Assembly (NCBI GenBank): GCA_963777445.1
Contig: CAVZQR010000017.1
Coordinates: 5,226 to 69,225, forward strand
DNA length: 64,000 bases
Origin: Candidatus Dormiibacterota bacterium
Lineage (GTDB): Bacteria; Chloroflexota; Dormibacteria; Aeolococcales; Aeolococcaceae
Direction: 5' to 3'
The notes under the pieces were generated by a model. The model was not told the DNA's origin and did not search any database. It saw only the letters and a program-made list of their open reading frames with translations. A program made the translations under genes and the position numbers. Below, piece after piece: positions 38,153-49,487 of this stretch. The stretch's first letter is position 1. The number at the start of each line of letters is the position of its first letter.

Positions 38153-40098
38153 CGCGCGATGAACACCCACACGACAACGAGCACCACCGCGAAGACCGTG
38201 AAGATCGACGCGTAGTCTCGAATCAACCCCGTCTGAATGAGGCGCAGATCAAGGCTGAAGCCTCTCAGCAGCTCCCCGATCCCCTGGACCCAGCTGTCCA
38301 TCACATCGGGCTCGACCACGCGCCGCGCGGTCCGCGCCAGCGCCTTGACCGGTTGCACGAGCGCGCGATCGTAGATCTCGTCGAAGTAGAACTTGTTGTA
38401 CGACAGTAGTGGGACCACGCGTGGGAGACGCGCGAGCACGACCTGTGGATCGGGGCGGTGCTCGTACCAGAGCCGCATCGCCAGCCCGATGCCGATCAGG
38501 CTCGCCGCGGTACCGATGACCAGGCCCACGAGCGCGAGACCGAACGAGGGCTCGTGGAGCAGCGGCGATTGAGAGCCGGCAAAGACCGGGCTCAGGAAGT
38601 CGCTGAACACGTGGAGCGTGTTGGGGAGCGGGAACTGCAGCGGCCAGGCAACGATCACGGAGAGCGCGCCCAGGATCACGACCGGGATGAGCATGGAATA
38701 CCCCGACTCCTTGACGCCGAATCCGCGCGCGGTCTGAGGTTCCCCCTGGAACACGGTGAAGTACAGACGGAATGCGTACAGACCGGTGAGCACGTTGACG
38801 CCGACTCCGACGGCATACAGGATCCACGGTGCCGGCCCCGGGCCGGAGAGCGTTCCGAATCCGAGCAGATCCTCCTTGCTGAACCACCCCGAGAAGAGGA
38901 AGAATCCGGCCAGCGCGAGCGATCCGGCACCGAATGCAAAGTGCGTCCACTTCATCCGCGCGTGCAGCCCGCCCATGAGGCGGATGTCCTGCTCGTCATG
39001 GAGCGCATGGATCACGTTGCCCGCCGCCATGAAGAGCAGTGCCTTGAACACCGCGTGCATCGCGAAATGGAACATGCCCGCGGAGTACGCGCCGATGCCG
39101 ACGGCGTAGATCATCAATCCGATCTGCGACATCGTCGAATAGGCGATCACGCGTTTGATGTCGATCTGCGAGAGGGCGATGATGCCCGCCATCACGGCGG
39201 TCCCCATACCGACGCAGGCCACCATGCCCTCGGCGACCGGGGCGAGATTGAACAGCACGTGAAAACGGGCGATGAGATAGACGCCGGCTGTGACCATGGT
39301 CGCCGCATGGATCAGGGCTGAAACCGGAGTTGGGCCCTCCATCGCGTCGGGCAGCCACGTGTGCAGCGGGAACTGCGCGCTCTTGGCAAATGCCCCGATT
39401 GCGAGCAGCACGCAGACGCCGGTGACGAGCGCGCCACCCGCGGGGAATGCCTGGGTGCGAGCGAAGATGTTCGGCAGGCTGAGCGTGTGGGTGTTGAGGA
39501 CGATGAGGAATGCGGCGATCACGAGTGCCACATCGCCGATCACCTGGGTGATGAACGCCTTGCGCGCCGCCGCGACCGCCGTGGGTCGATCGTGCCAGAA
39601 GCCGATGAGCAGATAGCTGCTCAGCGCGACCAGTGCCCAGCCGATGATGAGGATCAGCAGGTCGGCCGCCAGCACGAGCGTCAACATCGAGAAGATGAAG
39701 AAGTTCATGTAGCTGAAGAAGCGAGCAAACCCCGGGTCGTGCTCCATGTAGCCCACGCTGTAGACGTGGATGAGAAAGCCGACCCCGGTGATGACCATGA
39801 GCATCAGGGCACTCAGCGCGTCGAGCGTGAAGTCCATGCCGACCGTGAGGTTGGTCCCGCCGCCGAGGTTGATCCAGTCCCAGAGCCGGATGGTGATCGA
39901 GCCCTGACCGGACGGCGCTCCCACGACACTCGCGAGCACGAGGCACGCAACCACGAACGACGCGAAGATCGAGACGGTCCCGGCGATGTTGACGAAGCGC
40001 CTGCCCAGGACCGGTCCGAGGAACCCGTTGAGCGCCGAGCCGGCCAGCGGAAAGAGCAGCACCAGGATGACCAGCGTCGACGCCGTGCTGACGTTCAC
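38149..40098 (-). CDS. nuoL: NADH-quinone oxidoreductase subunit L
   Basis: 649 aa, antiporter-like with a long C-terminal extension. GTGA overlap with nuoK. Confidence 0.92.
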   Translation of the reverse strand: MNVSTASTLVILVLLFPLAGSALNGFLGPVLGRRFVNIAGTVSIFASFVVACLVLASVVGAPSGQGSITIRLWDWINLGGGTNLTVGMDFTLDALSALMLMVITGVGFLIHVYSVGYMEHDPGFARFFSYMNFFIFSMLTLVLAADLLILIIGWALVALSSYLLIGFWHDRPTAVAAARKAFITQVIGDVALVIAAFLIVLNTHTLSLPNIFARTQAFPAGGALVTGVCVLLAIGAFAKSAQFPLHTWLPDAMEGPTPVSALIHAATMVTAGVYLIARFHVLFNLAPVAEGMVACVGMGTAVMAGIIALSQIDIKRVIAYSTMSQIGLMIYAVGIGAYSAGMFHFAMHAVFKALLFMAAGNVIHALHDEQDIRLMGGLHARMKWTHFAFGAGSLALAGFFLFSGWFSKEDLLGFGTLSGPGPAPWILYAVGVGVNVLTGLYAFRLYFTVFQGEPQTARGFGVKESGYSMLIPVVILGALSVIVAWPLQFPLPNTLHVFSDFLSPVFAGSQSPLLHEPSFGLALVGLVIGTAASLIGIGLAMRLWYEHRPDPQVVLARLPRVVPLLSYNKFYFDEIYDRALVQPVKALARTARRVVEPDVMDSWVQGIGELLRGFSLDLRLIQTGLIRDYASIFTVFAVVLVVVWVFIAR

Positions 40099-40406
40099 TC
40101 CTTCATCTCACTCAGGTCATCGACGTCCAGCTCGCGGCCGAGCCGGAAGATCTGCGTGATCAGTGCCAGTCCCACCACCACCTCGGCGGCGGCGACCACG
40201 ATCACCATGAAGGCGAAGATCTGACCCTCCTCGCTGTTGAGGAAGCGACCGTAGGCGACCAGCGCCACGTTGGCCGCGTTGAGCATCAGCTCGATGCACA
40301 TGAAAACGACAATCGGGTTGCGCCTGATGAGCACGCCCATGGCACCGACGGTGAACAGGAACGCCGAAAGCCCGAGCAGGTAGGGAAACAGATTCGGATT
40401 CAGCAT
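40095..40406 (-). CDS. nuoK: NADH-quinone oxidoreductase subunit K
   Basis: 103 aa, 3 [13 protein letters not shown] motif. Confidence 0.9.
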   Translation of the reverse strand: MLNPNLFPYLLGLSAFLFTVGAMGVLIRRNPIVVFMCIELMLNAANVALVAYGRFLNSEEGQIFAFMVIVVAAAEVVVGLALITQIFRLGRELDVDDLSEMKE

Positions 40407-40419
40407 CCCGAGTGCTCCG

Positions 40420-40971
40420 TCACCGGCTCGAGCGCCTGGTCAGATAGACAGCGCCGATGGCCGCGACCAGCAGGAGCATCGAGGTGATCTCGAAGGGCAG
40501 GAGGTAGTTGGTGAACAGCTGGCCGGCCACCGTCTGCACGTTGCCGGCGTTGTTCACGGCGTCCTGCGGGAAGTTGAACGTGTGCAAGGGATTGCTCGCG
40601 CTGCCCACCGCTGTGGCATGGAACCCGTTGGTGTTGTAGGTGATTCCGTTGCGAGCCGCGATGAACACGAGCACGGTCACCACGACCACCCCGGTGATGC
40701 CGATGACGGCGCGCAGATCGAGTGTGGGGCGATCCTCGGCATCGGGACTCAGCAACGCGACGATGAACACGAAGAGCACCATCACCGCACCCGCGTAGAT
40801 GATGAGCTGCACCGCGAAGAGGAACTGCGCGTTGAGGAGCAGGAACAGCACCGCGAGCAGCGAGACGGTGAGCACGAGGCTCAGCGCCGAGTAGATCGTC
40901 TGGCGAGAGAGCACGACACCGAGGGAGCTGACCGCGGCGAGCGCGATGACGACGGCGAAGAGGACGGTCAT
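40420..40971 (-). CDS. nuoJ: NADH-quinone oxidoreductase subunit J
   Basis: [14 protein letters not shown]...[16 protein letters not shown] overlap with nuoI; the ORF-track extension is rejected. Confidence 0.88.
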   Translation of the reverse strand: MTVLFAVVIALAAVSSLGVVLSRQTIYSALSLVLTVSLLAVLFLLLNAQFLFAVQLIIYAGAVMVLFVFIVALLSPDAEDRPTLDLRAVIGITGVVVVTVLVFIAARNGITYNTNGFHATAVGSASNPLHTFNFPQDAVNNAGNVQTVAGQLFTNYLLPFEITSMLLLVAAIGAVYLTRRSSR

Positions 40972-41600
40972 GTCGTCTTCCCCGCTCCCGGCTCGATGAC
41001 CGTCGGCACGTCCACCGGCACGCCGAGGGCCCCGGGATGGGGTGCGGTCTCGTGATCGAGGGTGTGCTCCTGTGCGGCCCAGGCTGCGCGCGGTCGCACT
41101 CCGGGATCGAGCTCCTCGCGGCCGGTCTGATCCGCGCCGGCGCCCACCGGGCTCGGCGGACGCTGCGCCTGCGCAAAGCCCGGCCACGACTCGAGCAGTT
41201 CCGCCTTGGTGACGACCGTTCGTTCGCGGCGGTAGTCGGCCAGCTCGAAACGAGGTCCGAGCGTGATCGCCTCCGTGGGGCAGGCCTCGGCGCAGTACCC
41301 GCAGTAGATGCAGCGCATCAGGTTGATCTCGTAGCGCTCGGCATAGCGCTCGCCGGGTGATATCGGCGCCTTCGGATCGTTCTCCGCCGCGAGCACGTAG
41401 ATGCATCCGACGGGACATGCCGCAGCGCACAGCTCGCAGCCGATGCAGCGCTCGAGGCCGTTGTCGTACCGATGCAGGATGTGCCGGCCGCGATGGCGGG
41501 GCGATACCGGCTTCTGCTCCTCCGGGTACTGGACCGTGATGGGGTGCGTCCCCATCTTCTTCAGCGTGAAGGCCAGGCCCTTCGCAATCTCCTTGATCAC
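40968..41600 (-). CDS. nuoI: NADH-quinone oxidoreductase subunit I
   Basis: CIGCELCAAACP and CIYCGYCAEACP, followed by a C-terminal extension of about 60 aa. Confidence 0.92.
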   Translation of the reverse strand: MIKEIAKGLAFTLKKMGTHPITVQYPEEQKPVSPRHRGRHILHRYDNGLERCIGCELCAAACPVGCIYVLAAENDPKAPISPGERYAERYEINLMRCIYCGYCAEACPTEAITLGPRFELADYRRERTVVTKAELLESWPGFAQAQRPPSPVGAGADQTGREELDPGVRPRAAWAAQEHTLDHETAPHPGALGVPVDVPTVIEPGAGKTT

Positions 41601-41619
41601 CGCCTCACCCTCACCACGG

Positions 41620-42630
41620 CTATGCCCGGAGCGCGACGACCGCGCCGGTGACGACGATGTTGATCAGGCCCAGGGGCAGCAGCACCTTCCACCCGAAGTT
41701 CATCAGCCGGTCGTAGCGAAGCCGCGGCAGCGTCCAGCGCACCCAGATCATCACGAACAGGAGCACGAGAACCTTGCCCAGGAACCAGATCGGCCCCGGG
41801 ATCCAGTCGAACGGATGGAACGGCAGCAGGGGCAGCCAGCCGCCGAGGAACAGCGCCGTGGCGATCGAGCAGACCGTCACCATGTTGATGTACTCGCCGA
41901 GGAAGTACAGCCCGAAACGCATCGCCGAGTATTCCGTGTGATAACCGGCGATGAGTTCCGTCTCCGCCTCCGGGAGGTCGAAGGGCAGGCGGTTGGTCTC
42001 GGCGAAGGCGGCCGTGAAGTACAGGATGAACGCGAGCGGCTGGAGCACGACGAACCACAAGCCCTGCTGGGATCCGACGATCTTCTCCAGGTCGAGCGAG
42101 CCGGAGAGGATGACGACACCGATGAGGGCGAACGACACCGCCATCTCGTAGGAGATCAGCTGCGCCGACGAGCGCAGGCCGCCGAGCAGCGAGTACTTGC
42201 TGTTGGATGCGAATCCCCCGAGGAACAGCGAGTACACGCCCAGCGATGTGACGCCGAGGATGAAGAGCAGCCCGACATTGACGTGGGCGATATCCCAGTG
42301 GAAGACCTGTCCGAACCAGTTGTTCGTCCCCCACGGGATCACCGCATACGCGAGGAGCGCTGCCCCACCGGCCAGGCTCGGCCCCACCAGGTAAAGGATC
42401 TTGTCGCGTTCTGCCGGAGCGACGTTCTCCTTGAAGAACAGCTTCAGCCCGTCGGCGGCCGGCTGGAGCATCCCGAACGGGCCGACTCGGTTGGGACCGT
42501 AGCGCAGCTGAATTCGAGCCGAGATCTTGCGTTCGGCAAGGGTCAGATACGCAAACGCGGTGAGCAGGAAGACGACGAGCACCCCGCACTTGATGAGCAG
42601 GACCCACCACAGATCGTCCGGGCCGATCAC
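41620..42630 (-). CDS. nuoH: NADH-quinone oxidoreductase subunit H
   Basis: AERKISARIQLRYGPNRVGP...ETNRLPFDLPEAE. Confidence 0.93.
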   Translation of the reverse strand: MIGPDDLWWVLLIKCGVLVVFLLTAFAYLTLAERKISARIQLRYGPNRVGPFGMLQPAADGLKLFFKENVAPAERDKILYLVGPSLAGGAALLAYAVIPWGTNNWFGQVFHWDIAHVNVGLLFILGVTSLGVYSLFLGGFASNSKYSLLGGLRSSAQLISYEMAVSFALIGVVILSGSLDLEKIVGSQQGLWFVVLQPLAFILYFTAAFAETNRLPFDLPEAETELIAGYHTEYSAMRFGLYFLGEYINMVTVCSIATALFLGGWLPLLPFHPFDWIPGPIWFLGKVLVLLFVMIWVRWTLPRLRYDRLMNFGWKVLLPLGLINIVVTGAVVALRA

Positions 42631-44570
42631 ACGACTGCCTCGGCGGTGAACAGCGCCCGCCCGCCGTTGCCGGCGCGCCCATACGCGGGAAACTCATCAC
42701 GGAGCAGGCGGTTGACCGCAAGCGGGTCGCCCGACCCCCACCCGACAGCGCCCATCTCGCCGGCGAGGCTGGTGAGCACGCGCGTCTCCACCGGGGTGGC
42801 ACTCGCGGGCGGCAGTCCCGCACGGACCCGCTGCACGCGGCCCTCGACGTTGGTGACGCTTCCCGCCTTCTCGAACACCGCGTGTCCGGGGAAGAGCACG
42901 GTTGCGTACCGGGAGACGACGCCAGGGCGCGTGTCGAATGCGACGACACACGCCGCCTTGCGCACGGCGCGCTCGAGCAGGTCACCCGCGGCCGCCAGGG
43001 CCGGGTTGGGCCCGAGCATGACCAGCGCGCGCATCGTGCCTGTGGCGAGATCCTCGAGGATTTGACGGCCGTTCTTGCCGGGTTCTGCGAGCGATGCGTA
43101 CCCAGGACCGAAGTTCGGCAGCAACCCCAGGTCCTTCGCGCCGCGGCCGTTCATCCCGCGCGTGACGGTCAGCCGCCGCACCGAGCCGACCGCGCCGAGT
43201 GCCTGCGCGACGTCGGCCGCATGGGCGCGATTGGTCTCGTCCGCGATGAGCCCGATGCGCGATGCTCCGGTGACTGCGGCGACGGCGACGGCGGCGCCGG
43301 CATCGCCGCTCAACCGGATCACCCGTGCTCCCTTCTTGCGTTCAGCCTTGTACAGCCGCAGCGTCAAGACGGGCGCTTGTTCCTCGGGCTCGGTGCCGAG
43401 CACGACCACTGCGTCACAGTCCTCGATCTCGGCGATGCCGAGCTCGTGCTCCGCGGCGGAGAGGCCCTCGAACGGATCCAGCTGATGGTCGACGTGCGGC
43501 GTGCCGATCACCTGGCGTGCGAAGCGCTCGAGCAGGAAGAGCTCCTCATTGGTGCTGGCGCTCGAGCCGAGCACGCCGATCGACGAGGCGCCGTATTCCT
43601 CGGCGATCTCGCGCAGGCGCCGCGCCGCCTGGGTGATCGCATCGGCAACCGTGACGTCACGCAACTCATCGTCGCTGCGCACCACCGGGCGACGGACCCG
43701 TTCTGACGTGTTCCAGCGGTCGAAGCTGTACCGCCCCCGATCACACAGCCACATGTCGTCGACCAGCGGGTTGTCACGAGATGCAAAGCGGCGCACCTCG
43801 AAATCCCGGCTGTCGACGTTGATGTTGCATCCGTACGAGCATTCGGGACAGATGCTCGCCGTGCGCTGCAGATCCCATGGGCGCGAGACGAAGCGGTATT
43901 TCCGGTGCGTGAGCGCACCGACGGGACACACCTCGGGAAGGTTGCCCTGGAACTTCGACTCCAGCTGCCGGTTGTCGAAGGTCGACACCAGCGTGTCCAC
44001 GCCACGCTGCTGGAGGACGATCTCCTTCTCACCGGTGATCTCGTCGTAGTAGCGGACGCAGCGCCAGCAGAGGATGCAGCGCTCCTGATCCAATTCGATG
44101 TGCTCGGAGAGCGGGACCGCCTTCTTGAAATGGACCTTCTCGGTGATCGGAAAGCGCGAGATCCCCGGCCCGTACCGGAACGTGAAGTCCTGCAGGTCGC
44201 ACTCGCCGCCCCGGTCGCACACGGGGCAGTCAAGGGGGTGGTTGAGGAGCAGGAACTCCAGCATCCCCTCGCGGAGCTTCGTGACCTCCGGGATGTTGGT
44301 GCGCACCACCATCCCGTCGCCCGCAACCGTTGCGCAAGCGGGCTGTGGCTTCGGAAACTTCTCGATGTTGACGAGGCACATCCGGCACACCGCGACCGGA
44401 TCCATCTTTGGATGCGCGCAATAGATCGGAATGTGGATCCCGGCCTCGGTCGCGGCGTCGAGCACGAGCATCCCCTTGGGAACACGGAGCTCGCGTCCGT
44501 CGATGCTGATGCCGACGCGGCCGTCGTCCGGCTGCTCGGGCGGCGTTCCCGTCTCCGCCACCGCGGTCAC
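42627..44570 (-). CDS. nuoG: NADH-quinone oxidoreductase subunit G (short form)
   Basis: CRMCLV, CPVCDRGGECDLQ, CILCWRCVR, CPVGAL. Confidence 0.92.
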   Translation of the reverse strand: MTAVAETGTPPEQPDDGRVGISIDGRELRVPKGMLVLDAATEAGIHIPIYCAHPKMDPVAVCRMCLVNIEKFPKPQPACATVAGDGMVVRTNIPEVTKLREGMLEFLLLNHPLDCPVCDRGGECDLQDFTFRYGPGISRFPITEKVHFKKAVPLSEHIELDQERCILCWRCVRYYDEITGEKEIVLQQRGVDTLVSTFDNRQLESKFQGNLPEVCPVGALTHRKYRFVSRPWDLQRTASICPECSYGCNINVDSRDFEVRRFASRDNPLVDDMWLCDRGRYSFDRWNTSERVRRPVVRSDDELRDVTVADAITQAARRLREIAEEYGASSIGVLGSSASTNEELFLLERFARQVIGTPHVDHQLDPFEGLSAAEHELGIAEIEDCDAVVVLGTEPEEQAPVLTLRLYKAERKKGARVIRLSGDAGAAVAVAAVTGASRIGLIADETNRAHAADVAQALGAVGSVRRLTVTRGMNGRGAKDLGLLPNFGPGYASLAEPGKNGRQILEDLATGTMRALVMLGPNPALAAAGDLLERAVRKAACVVAFDTRPGVVSRYATVLFPGHAVFEKAGSVTNVEGRVQRVRAGLPPASATPVETRVLTSLAGEMGAVGWGSGDPLAVNRLLRDEFPAYGRAGNGGRALFTAEAVV

Positions 44571-45856
44571 GCCACCAGCGCCGTGGCCTGCGCCCTCACC
44601 GGGCAGCGGCCGGCACCGCAGTGGGCTTCGAACTCGTCGCGGAAGTACTTGTATGCCGACATGACGAACCAGGTCGCGGTGTCACCCAGGGGGCAGAAGC
44701 AGCGACCGTCCATGTTCGAGCAGATGTCGGACAGGCTGGCGAGCTCCGCCAGGGTCGCGCGACCCGACTCGAGCCGGTGCATCAGCTCCGACTCGAAATA
44801 TGTCCCCTCCCGGCAGGGGACGCACTTGCCGCACGACTCGTGCCGGTAGAAGTCCACCAGGCGCATCGACACGTCGACGAGGCACGTGGTCTCGTCCATG
44901 AAGATCATCGCCCCGGCACCGAGTGACGATCCCGCTTCCTGGACGGCGTTCATGTCGAGGGGCAGATCGAGGTGTTGCGGCAGCAGGACCTGCATCGATC
45001 CCCCGCCCGGCTGGAAGGCCTTGAGCGAACGCCCACGCCAGACGCCGCCGCACTCCTCCTCGAGCAGCTCGCGGATCGGTGTCCCGAGCTGCATCTCGTA
45101 GTTCCCGGGGCGATTGATGTGGCCGCTGCAGCAGAACACGCGGGTCCCTGCGCTCTTCTCGGTGCCGAGCGACTTGAACCACTCACCGCCGCGCTGAACG
45201 ATGTGCGGCATGTTGCAGAGGGTCTCGACGTTGTTGACCACGGTGGGCTGGCCGTAGAGACCCTTGATCGCCGGGAAGGGCGGCTTGAGCCGCGGCTGGC
45301 CGCGAAGACCCTCCAGCGACTCGATCAGCGCGGTCTCCTCTCCGCAGATGTACGCACCCGCGCCGCCGTGCACGATCACCTCGCAGTCGAAGCCGCTGCC
45401 GAGGATGTTCCCGCCGATGTACCCCGCGGCTCGCGCCTCCTCGACCGCCCGCTCGAGGAGCAGGCGCTGGTCGTGGTACTCACCGCGGATGTAGATGAAC
45501 GAGGTGTGAACCTGGAGTGCGTAGGACGCGATCAGCAGCCCTTCGATGAGCTGATGGGGGCTCTCGTCGATGAGATACCGATCCTTGAAGCACCCCGGCT
45601 CGGACTCGTCCGCGTTGCAGCAGAGATAGCGCGGGAAGACGTCCTTCGGAAGGAAGGACCACTTCATTCCAGTGGGAAACCCAGCCCCTCCCCGACCCCG
45701 GATGTTGCTCGTCTTGACCTCGGCAACCAGCGTCTCCGGGGTGAACTTCGAGAACGCATCGCGAATCCCCTGATAGCCGCCGACGCGCTCATATCCCTTC
45801 AGGCTCTGGAGTTCCGCCGCGCCGAAATCCTTGGTGAGCAGCTTGTACTCAGCCAT
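44567..45856 (-). CDS. nuoF: NADH-quinone oxidoreductase subunit F
   Basis: RGRGGAGFPTGMKW, ESCGKCVPCREG. Confidence 0.95.
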   Translation of the reverse strand: MAEYKLLTKDFGAAELQSLKGYERVGGYQGIRDAFSKFTPETLVAEVKTSNIRGRGGAGFPTGMKWSFLPKDVFPRYLCCNADESEPGCFKDRYLIDESPHQLIEGLLIASYALQVHTSFIYIRGEYHDQRLLLERAVEEARAAGYIGGNILGSGFDCEVIVHGGAGAYICGEETALIESLEGLRGQPRLKPPFPAIKGLYGQPTVVNNVETLCNMPHIVQRGGEWFKSLGTEKSAGTRVFCCSGHINRPGNYEMQLGTPIRELLEEECGGVWRGRSLKAFQPGGGSMQVLLPQHLDLPLDMNAVQEAGSSLGAGAMIFMDETTCLVDVSMRLVDFYRHESCGKCVPCREGTYFESELMHRLESGRATLAELASLSDICSNMDGRCFCPLGDTATWFVMSAYKYFRDEFEAHCGAGRCPVRAQATALVA

Positions 45857-45903
45857 CAGCGGTCATCTGATCCGGTGCGAAGGCGTCCATCGGCCGCTGC
45901 ATC

Positions 45904-46632
45904 CTACTGACCCGCCTTGCCGCGCCGTTTCACGGGCTTCTTCTTGACGCTCACCCGTCGTCGCCGACGCGGGCAGGCTGCTTCTGGTGCCGCCGGCAGT
46001 CCGCCTGCCGAACCCTGAGCGGGCGACGACTCGGCTGCCGTCGCGCTCGCCGCGGCAGATGGGGCGGCGGGTGGCGTCGCGGGGGGCAGCGCCGGCGCGC
46101 CGGAAGCGCGCCGGCGAGGGGTCCCCGCGACGACAGGACCCGCCTCTCCGGCGCTGCTGGCGGACCGCAAGGCCCCGAGGATCTCGTCGACGCGATCACG
46201 CGTGAGGTTTTCCTCGAAGTGGTGGTCGACCTGCATCGTGGGGGCGCCGCCGCAGCCTCCGAGGCATTCGACGGTGCTCGACCACGTGAAGGCGCCGTCA
46301 GCGGTGGTCTCGCCCGAGGCGCAGCCGAGGGACCGCTCGAGATGGCCGACGATGTCGTCGGCGCCACGGAGTGCGCAGGAGACGTTGATGCACACGATGA
46401 CCTCGTGGCGCCCGTGGGGGTGCTGGAAGTACATCGAGTAGAAGGTCGAGACAGCCTCGACCTCGCTCGGGGTGACCCGCAGGATTCCGGCGACCTCGGT
46501 CATCGCGTCGGGGGTGATCTGCCCCTGCTCGTGCTGGACGGCCCAGAGCGCGGGGAGGATCGCGCTGCGCGCGACCGGATACCGATCGCGGGCTCGCTCG
46601 ATCGCGGTCCGCGTCTCCTCCCGCAATGTCAT
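45904..46632 (-). CDS. nuoE: NADH-quinone oxidoreductase subunit E with Ala/Pro-rich, polybasic C-terminal tail
   Basis: CINVSCALRG and CLGGCGGAP. Tail ends RRRRRVSVKKKPVKRRGKAGQ. Confidence 0.9.
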   Translation of the reverse strand: MTLREETRTAIERARDRYPVARSAILPALWAVQHEQGQITPDAMTEVAGILRVTPSEVEAVSTFYSMYFQHPHGRHEVIVCINVSCALRGADDIVGHLERSLGCASGETTADGAFTWSSTVECLGGCGGAPTMQVDHHFEENLTRDRVDEILGALRSASSAGEAGPVVAGTPRRRASGAPALPPATPPAAPSAAASATAAESSPAQGSAGGLPAAPEAACPRRRRRVSVKKKPVKRRGKAGQ

Positions 46633-46684
46633 ACCGGGGTTCCCGCGAGATCGCGGCGGCCGGGTGCGGATTTCGTGGCGTGAA

Positions 46685-47977
46685 TCATCGGTCGACGTCG
46701 CCGAGCACGATATCGATCGATCCGATCACAGCGACCACGTCGGCAATCAACTCGCCCCTGACCATGTGCGGCAGTGCGCTGAGGTTGCTGAAGGATGGCG
46801 CGCGCACCTTGCAGCGGTAGGGGCGGTTTGTCCCGTCACTGACGAGGTAGAAGCCCAGCTCGCCACGCGGCGACTCGACCGCCTGGTAGACCTGACCGGC
46901 GGGGACGCGCATGCCCTCGGTGACGAGCTTGAAGTGATGGATGAGCGACTCCATGCTGGTGTTCAACTCGTTGCGCGGCGGGAGGGCGACGCGGCGGTCG
47001 GTGGTGTTCACCGGCCCGTCGGGAAGGTTCTCGAACGCCTGGGTGATGATCTTCAACAACTCGCGCATCTCCTGCATCCGCACGAGGTAGCGGTCGTAGA
47101 CATCGCCGGTGCGGCCGATCGGGACGTCGAAATCGAAATGGTCGTATGAGCTGTACGGATGCGCTTTGCGGAGGTCGTACGGAACACCGCTACCGCGGAG
47201 CACGGGCCCGGTGGCCCCGTACGCCATCGCGTCCTCGGGGCTCAGCCTGCCCAGGCCCACTGTCCGCTGCCGCCAGATCGGGTTCTTGGTGATCAGGAGC
47301 TCGTGCTCATCGATCAGCTTGGGGAAGGTCTTGATGACCGCACCGACCATCTCGTAGAACGGGTCGGGGACATCGGCGAGGAGACCGCCGACCCGAATGA
47401 ACGACGTGTGCATGCGCACGCCGCTGACCAGCTCGTTGATGTCGAGGATCTTCTCGCGGTCCCGCCAGGCGTAGACGAAGGCGGTCGTGGCGCCGAGATC
47501 GAGCGCGCTCGTGCCGTACCAGAGCAGGTGGCTCGCGAGCCGGCAGAGCTCGCACATGATCACGCGCAGGTACTGCCCGCGAAGCGGCACCTCGATGCCG
47601 AGCAGGCGCTCCACGGCCAGCGAGAACCCGAGGTTGTTGAAGAGCGGCGACAGGTAGTCCATCCGATCCGTGTACGGGATGCACTGCTGGTAGGTGTGGC
47701 GCTCGAAGTCCTTCTCGAAGCCGGTGTGGAGATAGCCGATGTCAGGACGGCACTCGCGCACGACCTCGCCGTCGAGGTTGAGCACCAGGCGCAGCACCCC
47801 GTGGGTCGAGGGGTGCATCGGTCCCATGTTCAATTCCATGGTGCTGTCGCCGATCTCGACGAGATCGATGGCATCCAGACCGGGCTCGATCCCGAGCATC
47901 TCGCGGCCGGCTTCGTACTGCTCGCTGAGCGGGTCGAGGCCCGCGGTCGGACTGCCCAGCGGCGGCAGCGCGGTCAC
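46685..47977 (-). CDS. nuoD: NADH-quinone oxidoreductase subunit D
   Basis: MELNMGPMHPSTHGVLRL... GTG 47977 overlaps the nuoC stop as GTGA. Confidence 0.93.
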   Translation of the reverse strand: MTALPPLGSPTAGLDPLSEQYEAGREMLGIEPGLDAIDLVEIGDSTMELNMGPMHPSTHGVLRLVLNLDGEVVRECRPDIGYLHTGFEKDFERHTYQQCIPYTDRMDYLSPLFNNLGFSLAVERLLGIEVPLRGQYLRVIMCELCRLASHLLWYGTSALDLGATTAFVYAWRDREKILDINELVSGVRMHTSFIRVGGLLADVPDPFYEMVGAVIKTFPKLIDEHELLITKNPIWRQRTVGLGRLSPEDAMAYGATGPVLRGSGVPYDLRKAHPYSSYDHFDFDVPIGRTGDVYDRYLVRMQEMRELLKIITQAFENLPDGPVNTTDRRVALPPRNELNTSMESLIHHFKLVTEGMRVPAGQVYQAVESPRGELGFYLVSDGTNRPYRCKVRAPSFSNLSALPHMVRGELIADVVAVIGSIDIVLGDVDR

Positions 47978-48540
47978 CGCGACCCTCCGGGCATGTCTCG
48001 CGGACGCTCCGCCGCCGGAAGCGCCCACTCGAGGTTGTGCGTGAACGCGATGGGCTCGCCGAATGATGCGTAGTCCTTGCGAAGCGGGTGACCGTCCCAG
48101 TCGGTCGGAAGCAGGATGCGCTTGAGATCGTGATGGCCGGTGAAGGTGATCCCGATCAGGTCGAAGCACTCGCGCTCGTGCCAGTCCATGCCGGCGAAGA
48201 CGCCCTCGAGGGTGGGCACGTTGGGATCGTCCTCGCTGACCTGGACGATCAGGCGGCAGACATCGTTGTGCTGCAGCGACCTCAGCATGTAGACAACGTC
48301 GAACCGTGGCTCGGCTGGCTCGCGGTCAGGCCAGTCCACCGCGGTGACGAACACGGGTGTCGTGTAGGCCGCGTCGGGGTGGTCTCGAAGCAATGTGCAG
48401 ACGGAGACCAGGTCGGCACGGTCGATCCAGACCGACACCTCGCCGAATCCGGCGTCGCGCCGGCGCAACGCGGCCGGTAGCTCCCGCTCGAGGAGGTCCG
48501 CTGCCCGCGCGCCGCTCATGGGCGATCCCACAGCGGTCAC
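47974..48540 (-). CDS. nuoC: NADH-quinone oxidoreductase subunit C
   Basis: WHERECFDLIGITFTGH, PLRKDY. Start GTG 48540 or ATG 48519. Confidence 0.9.
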   Translation of the reverse strand: MTAVGSPMSGARAADLLERELPAALRRRDAGFGEVSVWIDRADLVSVCTLLRDHPDAAYTTPVFVTAVDWPDREPAEPRFDVVYMLRSLQHNDVCRLIVQVSEDDPNVPTLEGVFAGMDWHERECFDLIGITFTGHHDLKRILLPTDWDGHPLRKDYASFGEPIAFTHNLEWALPAAERPRDMPGGSR

Positions 48541-48544
48541 CGCG

Positions 48545-49126
48545 CTACCCGAGCAGCGAGCCGGGGAGTTCCCCGGCGATCTTCTTCTGCAGCTTCATGA
48601 CCGCATCCAACAGTCCCTCCGGGCGGGGCGGGCAGCCAGGGATGTACACGTCGACAGGCACCACCTTGTCCACGCCCTGGACGATCGCGTAGTTGTTGAA
48701 CATGCCGCCGCTGGAGGCGCACGCGCCCATGCTGATCACCCACTTCGGCTCCGGCATCTGATCGTAGATGTGGCGGAGCACCGGGGCCATCTTCTGCGAG
48801 ACCCGTCCGGCGACGATCATCAGGTCGGACTGGCGCGGTGACGCCCGGAACACCTCACACCCGAAGCGCGACATGTCGTAGCGAGCGGCTCCGGTGGCCA
48901 TCATCTCGATCGCGCAGCAGGCAAGCCCGAAAAGCGCCGGCCAGAGCGAGCTGTAGCGGCCCCACTGGATGACCTTGCCGAGCGTCGTGGTCACGAATCC
49001 GCTCTGCAGCGCGGTCCGCTCCGCGGCGCCGGTGCGCGGCAGGGCGATGGTTCCGGCATCGGCGTCGGCGAGCAGGATGCTCCTGCCCACCGCCCTCGGA
49101 ACGATCAGCTCGTTGTTCAATCCCAT
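48545..49126 (-). CDS. nuoB: NADH-quinone oxidoreductase subunit B
   Basis: [30 protein letters not shown] 49126 overlaps the nuoA end by 10 nt. Confidence 0.93.
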   Translation of the reverse strand: MGLNNELIVPRAVGRSILLADADAGTIALPRTGAAERTALQSGFVTTTLGKVIQWGRYSSLWPALFGLACCAIEMMATGAARYDMSRFGCEVFRASPRQSDLMIVAGRVSQKMAPVLRHIYDQMPEPKWVISMGACASSGGMFNNYAIVQGVDKVVPVDVYIPGCPPRPEGLLDAVMKLQKKIAGELPGSLLG

Positions 49127-49473
49127 CGCAGCGCCCCCTTGCGCCAGACGTACAGCAACCCGACCAGCAGCGTGGCGATGAAGATGCCCATCTCCACGAT
49201 GCCGAAGACCTTGAGCTCCCTGACGATCGTGGCCCACGGGAAGAGGAAGATCGATTCGACGTCGAAGATGATGAAGAGCATCGCGGTGACGTAGAAGCTG
49301 ACCGAGAAGCGGCGCCGGGCGCTCTCCCGGGGCACCATACCCAACTCATAAGGAAGGTCCTTGGTTGGCGAGGGGCGCTTCGGCCCAAGCACCGCGTTGA
49401 GCAACTGTGCGAAGACAGCAAACGCCGCGCAGATGCCGAAGAAGAAGAGGATCGGCGCGTAGCCCGACAGCAT
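49117..49473 (-). CDS. nuoA: NADH-quinone oxidoreductase subunit A
   Basis: 118 aa from ATG 49473 ([13 protein letters not shown]...YELGM...FDVE). TACGAT hexamer 8 nt upstream supports this start over the ORF-track start 49644. Confidence 0.88.
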   Translation of the reverse strand: MLSGYAPILFFFGICAAFAVFAQLLNAVLGPKRPSPTKDLPYELGMVPRESARRRFSVSFYVTAMLFIIFDVESIFLFPWATIVRELKVFGIVEMGIFIATLLVGLLYVWRKGALRWD

Positions 49474-49481
49474 CGCGGCCG

Positions 49482-49487
49482 ATCGTA
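49482..49487 (-). promoter_or_regulatory. -10-like hexamer TACGAT, 8 nt upstream of the nuoA ATG
   Basis: Plus strand ATCGTA at 49482-49487. Confidence 0.4.
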
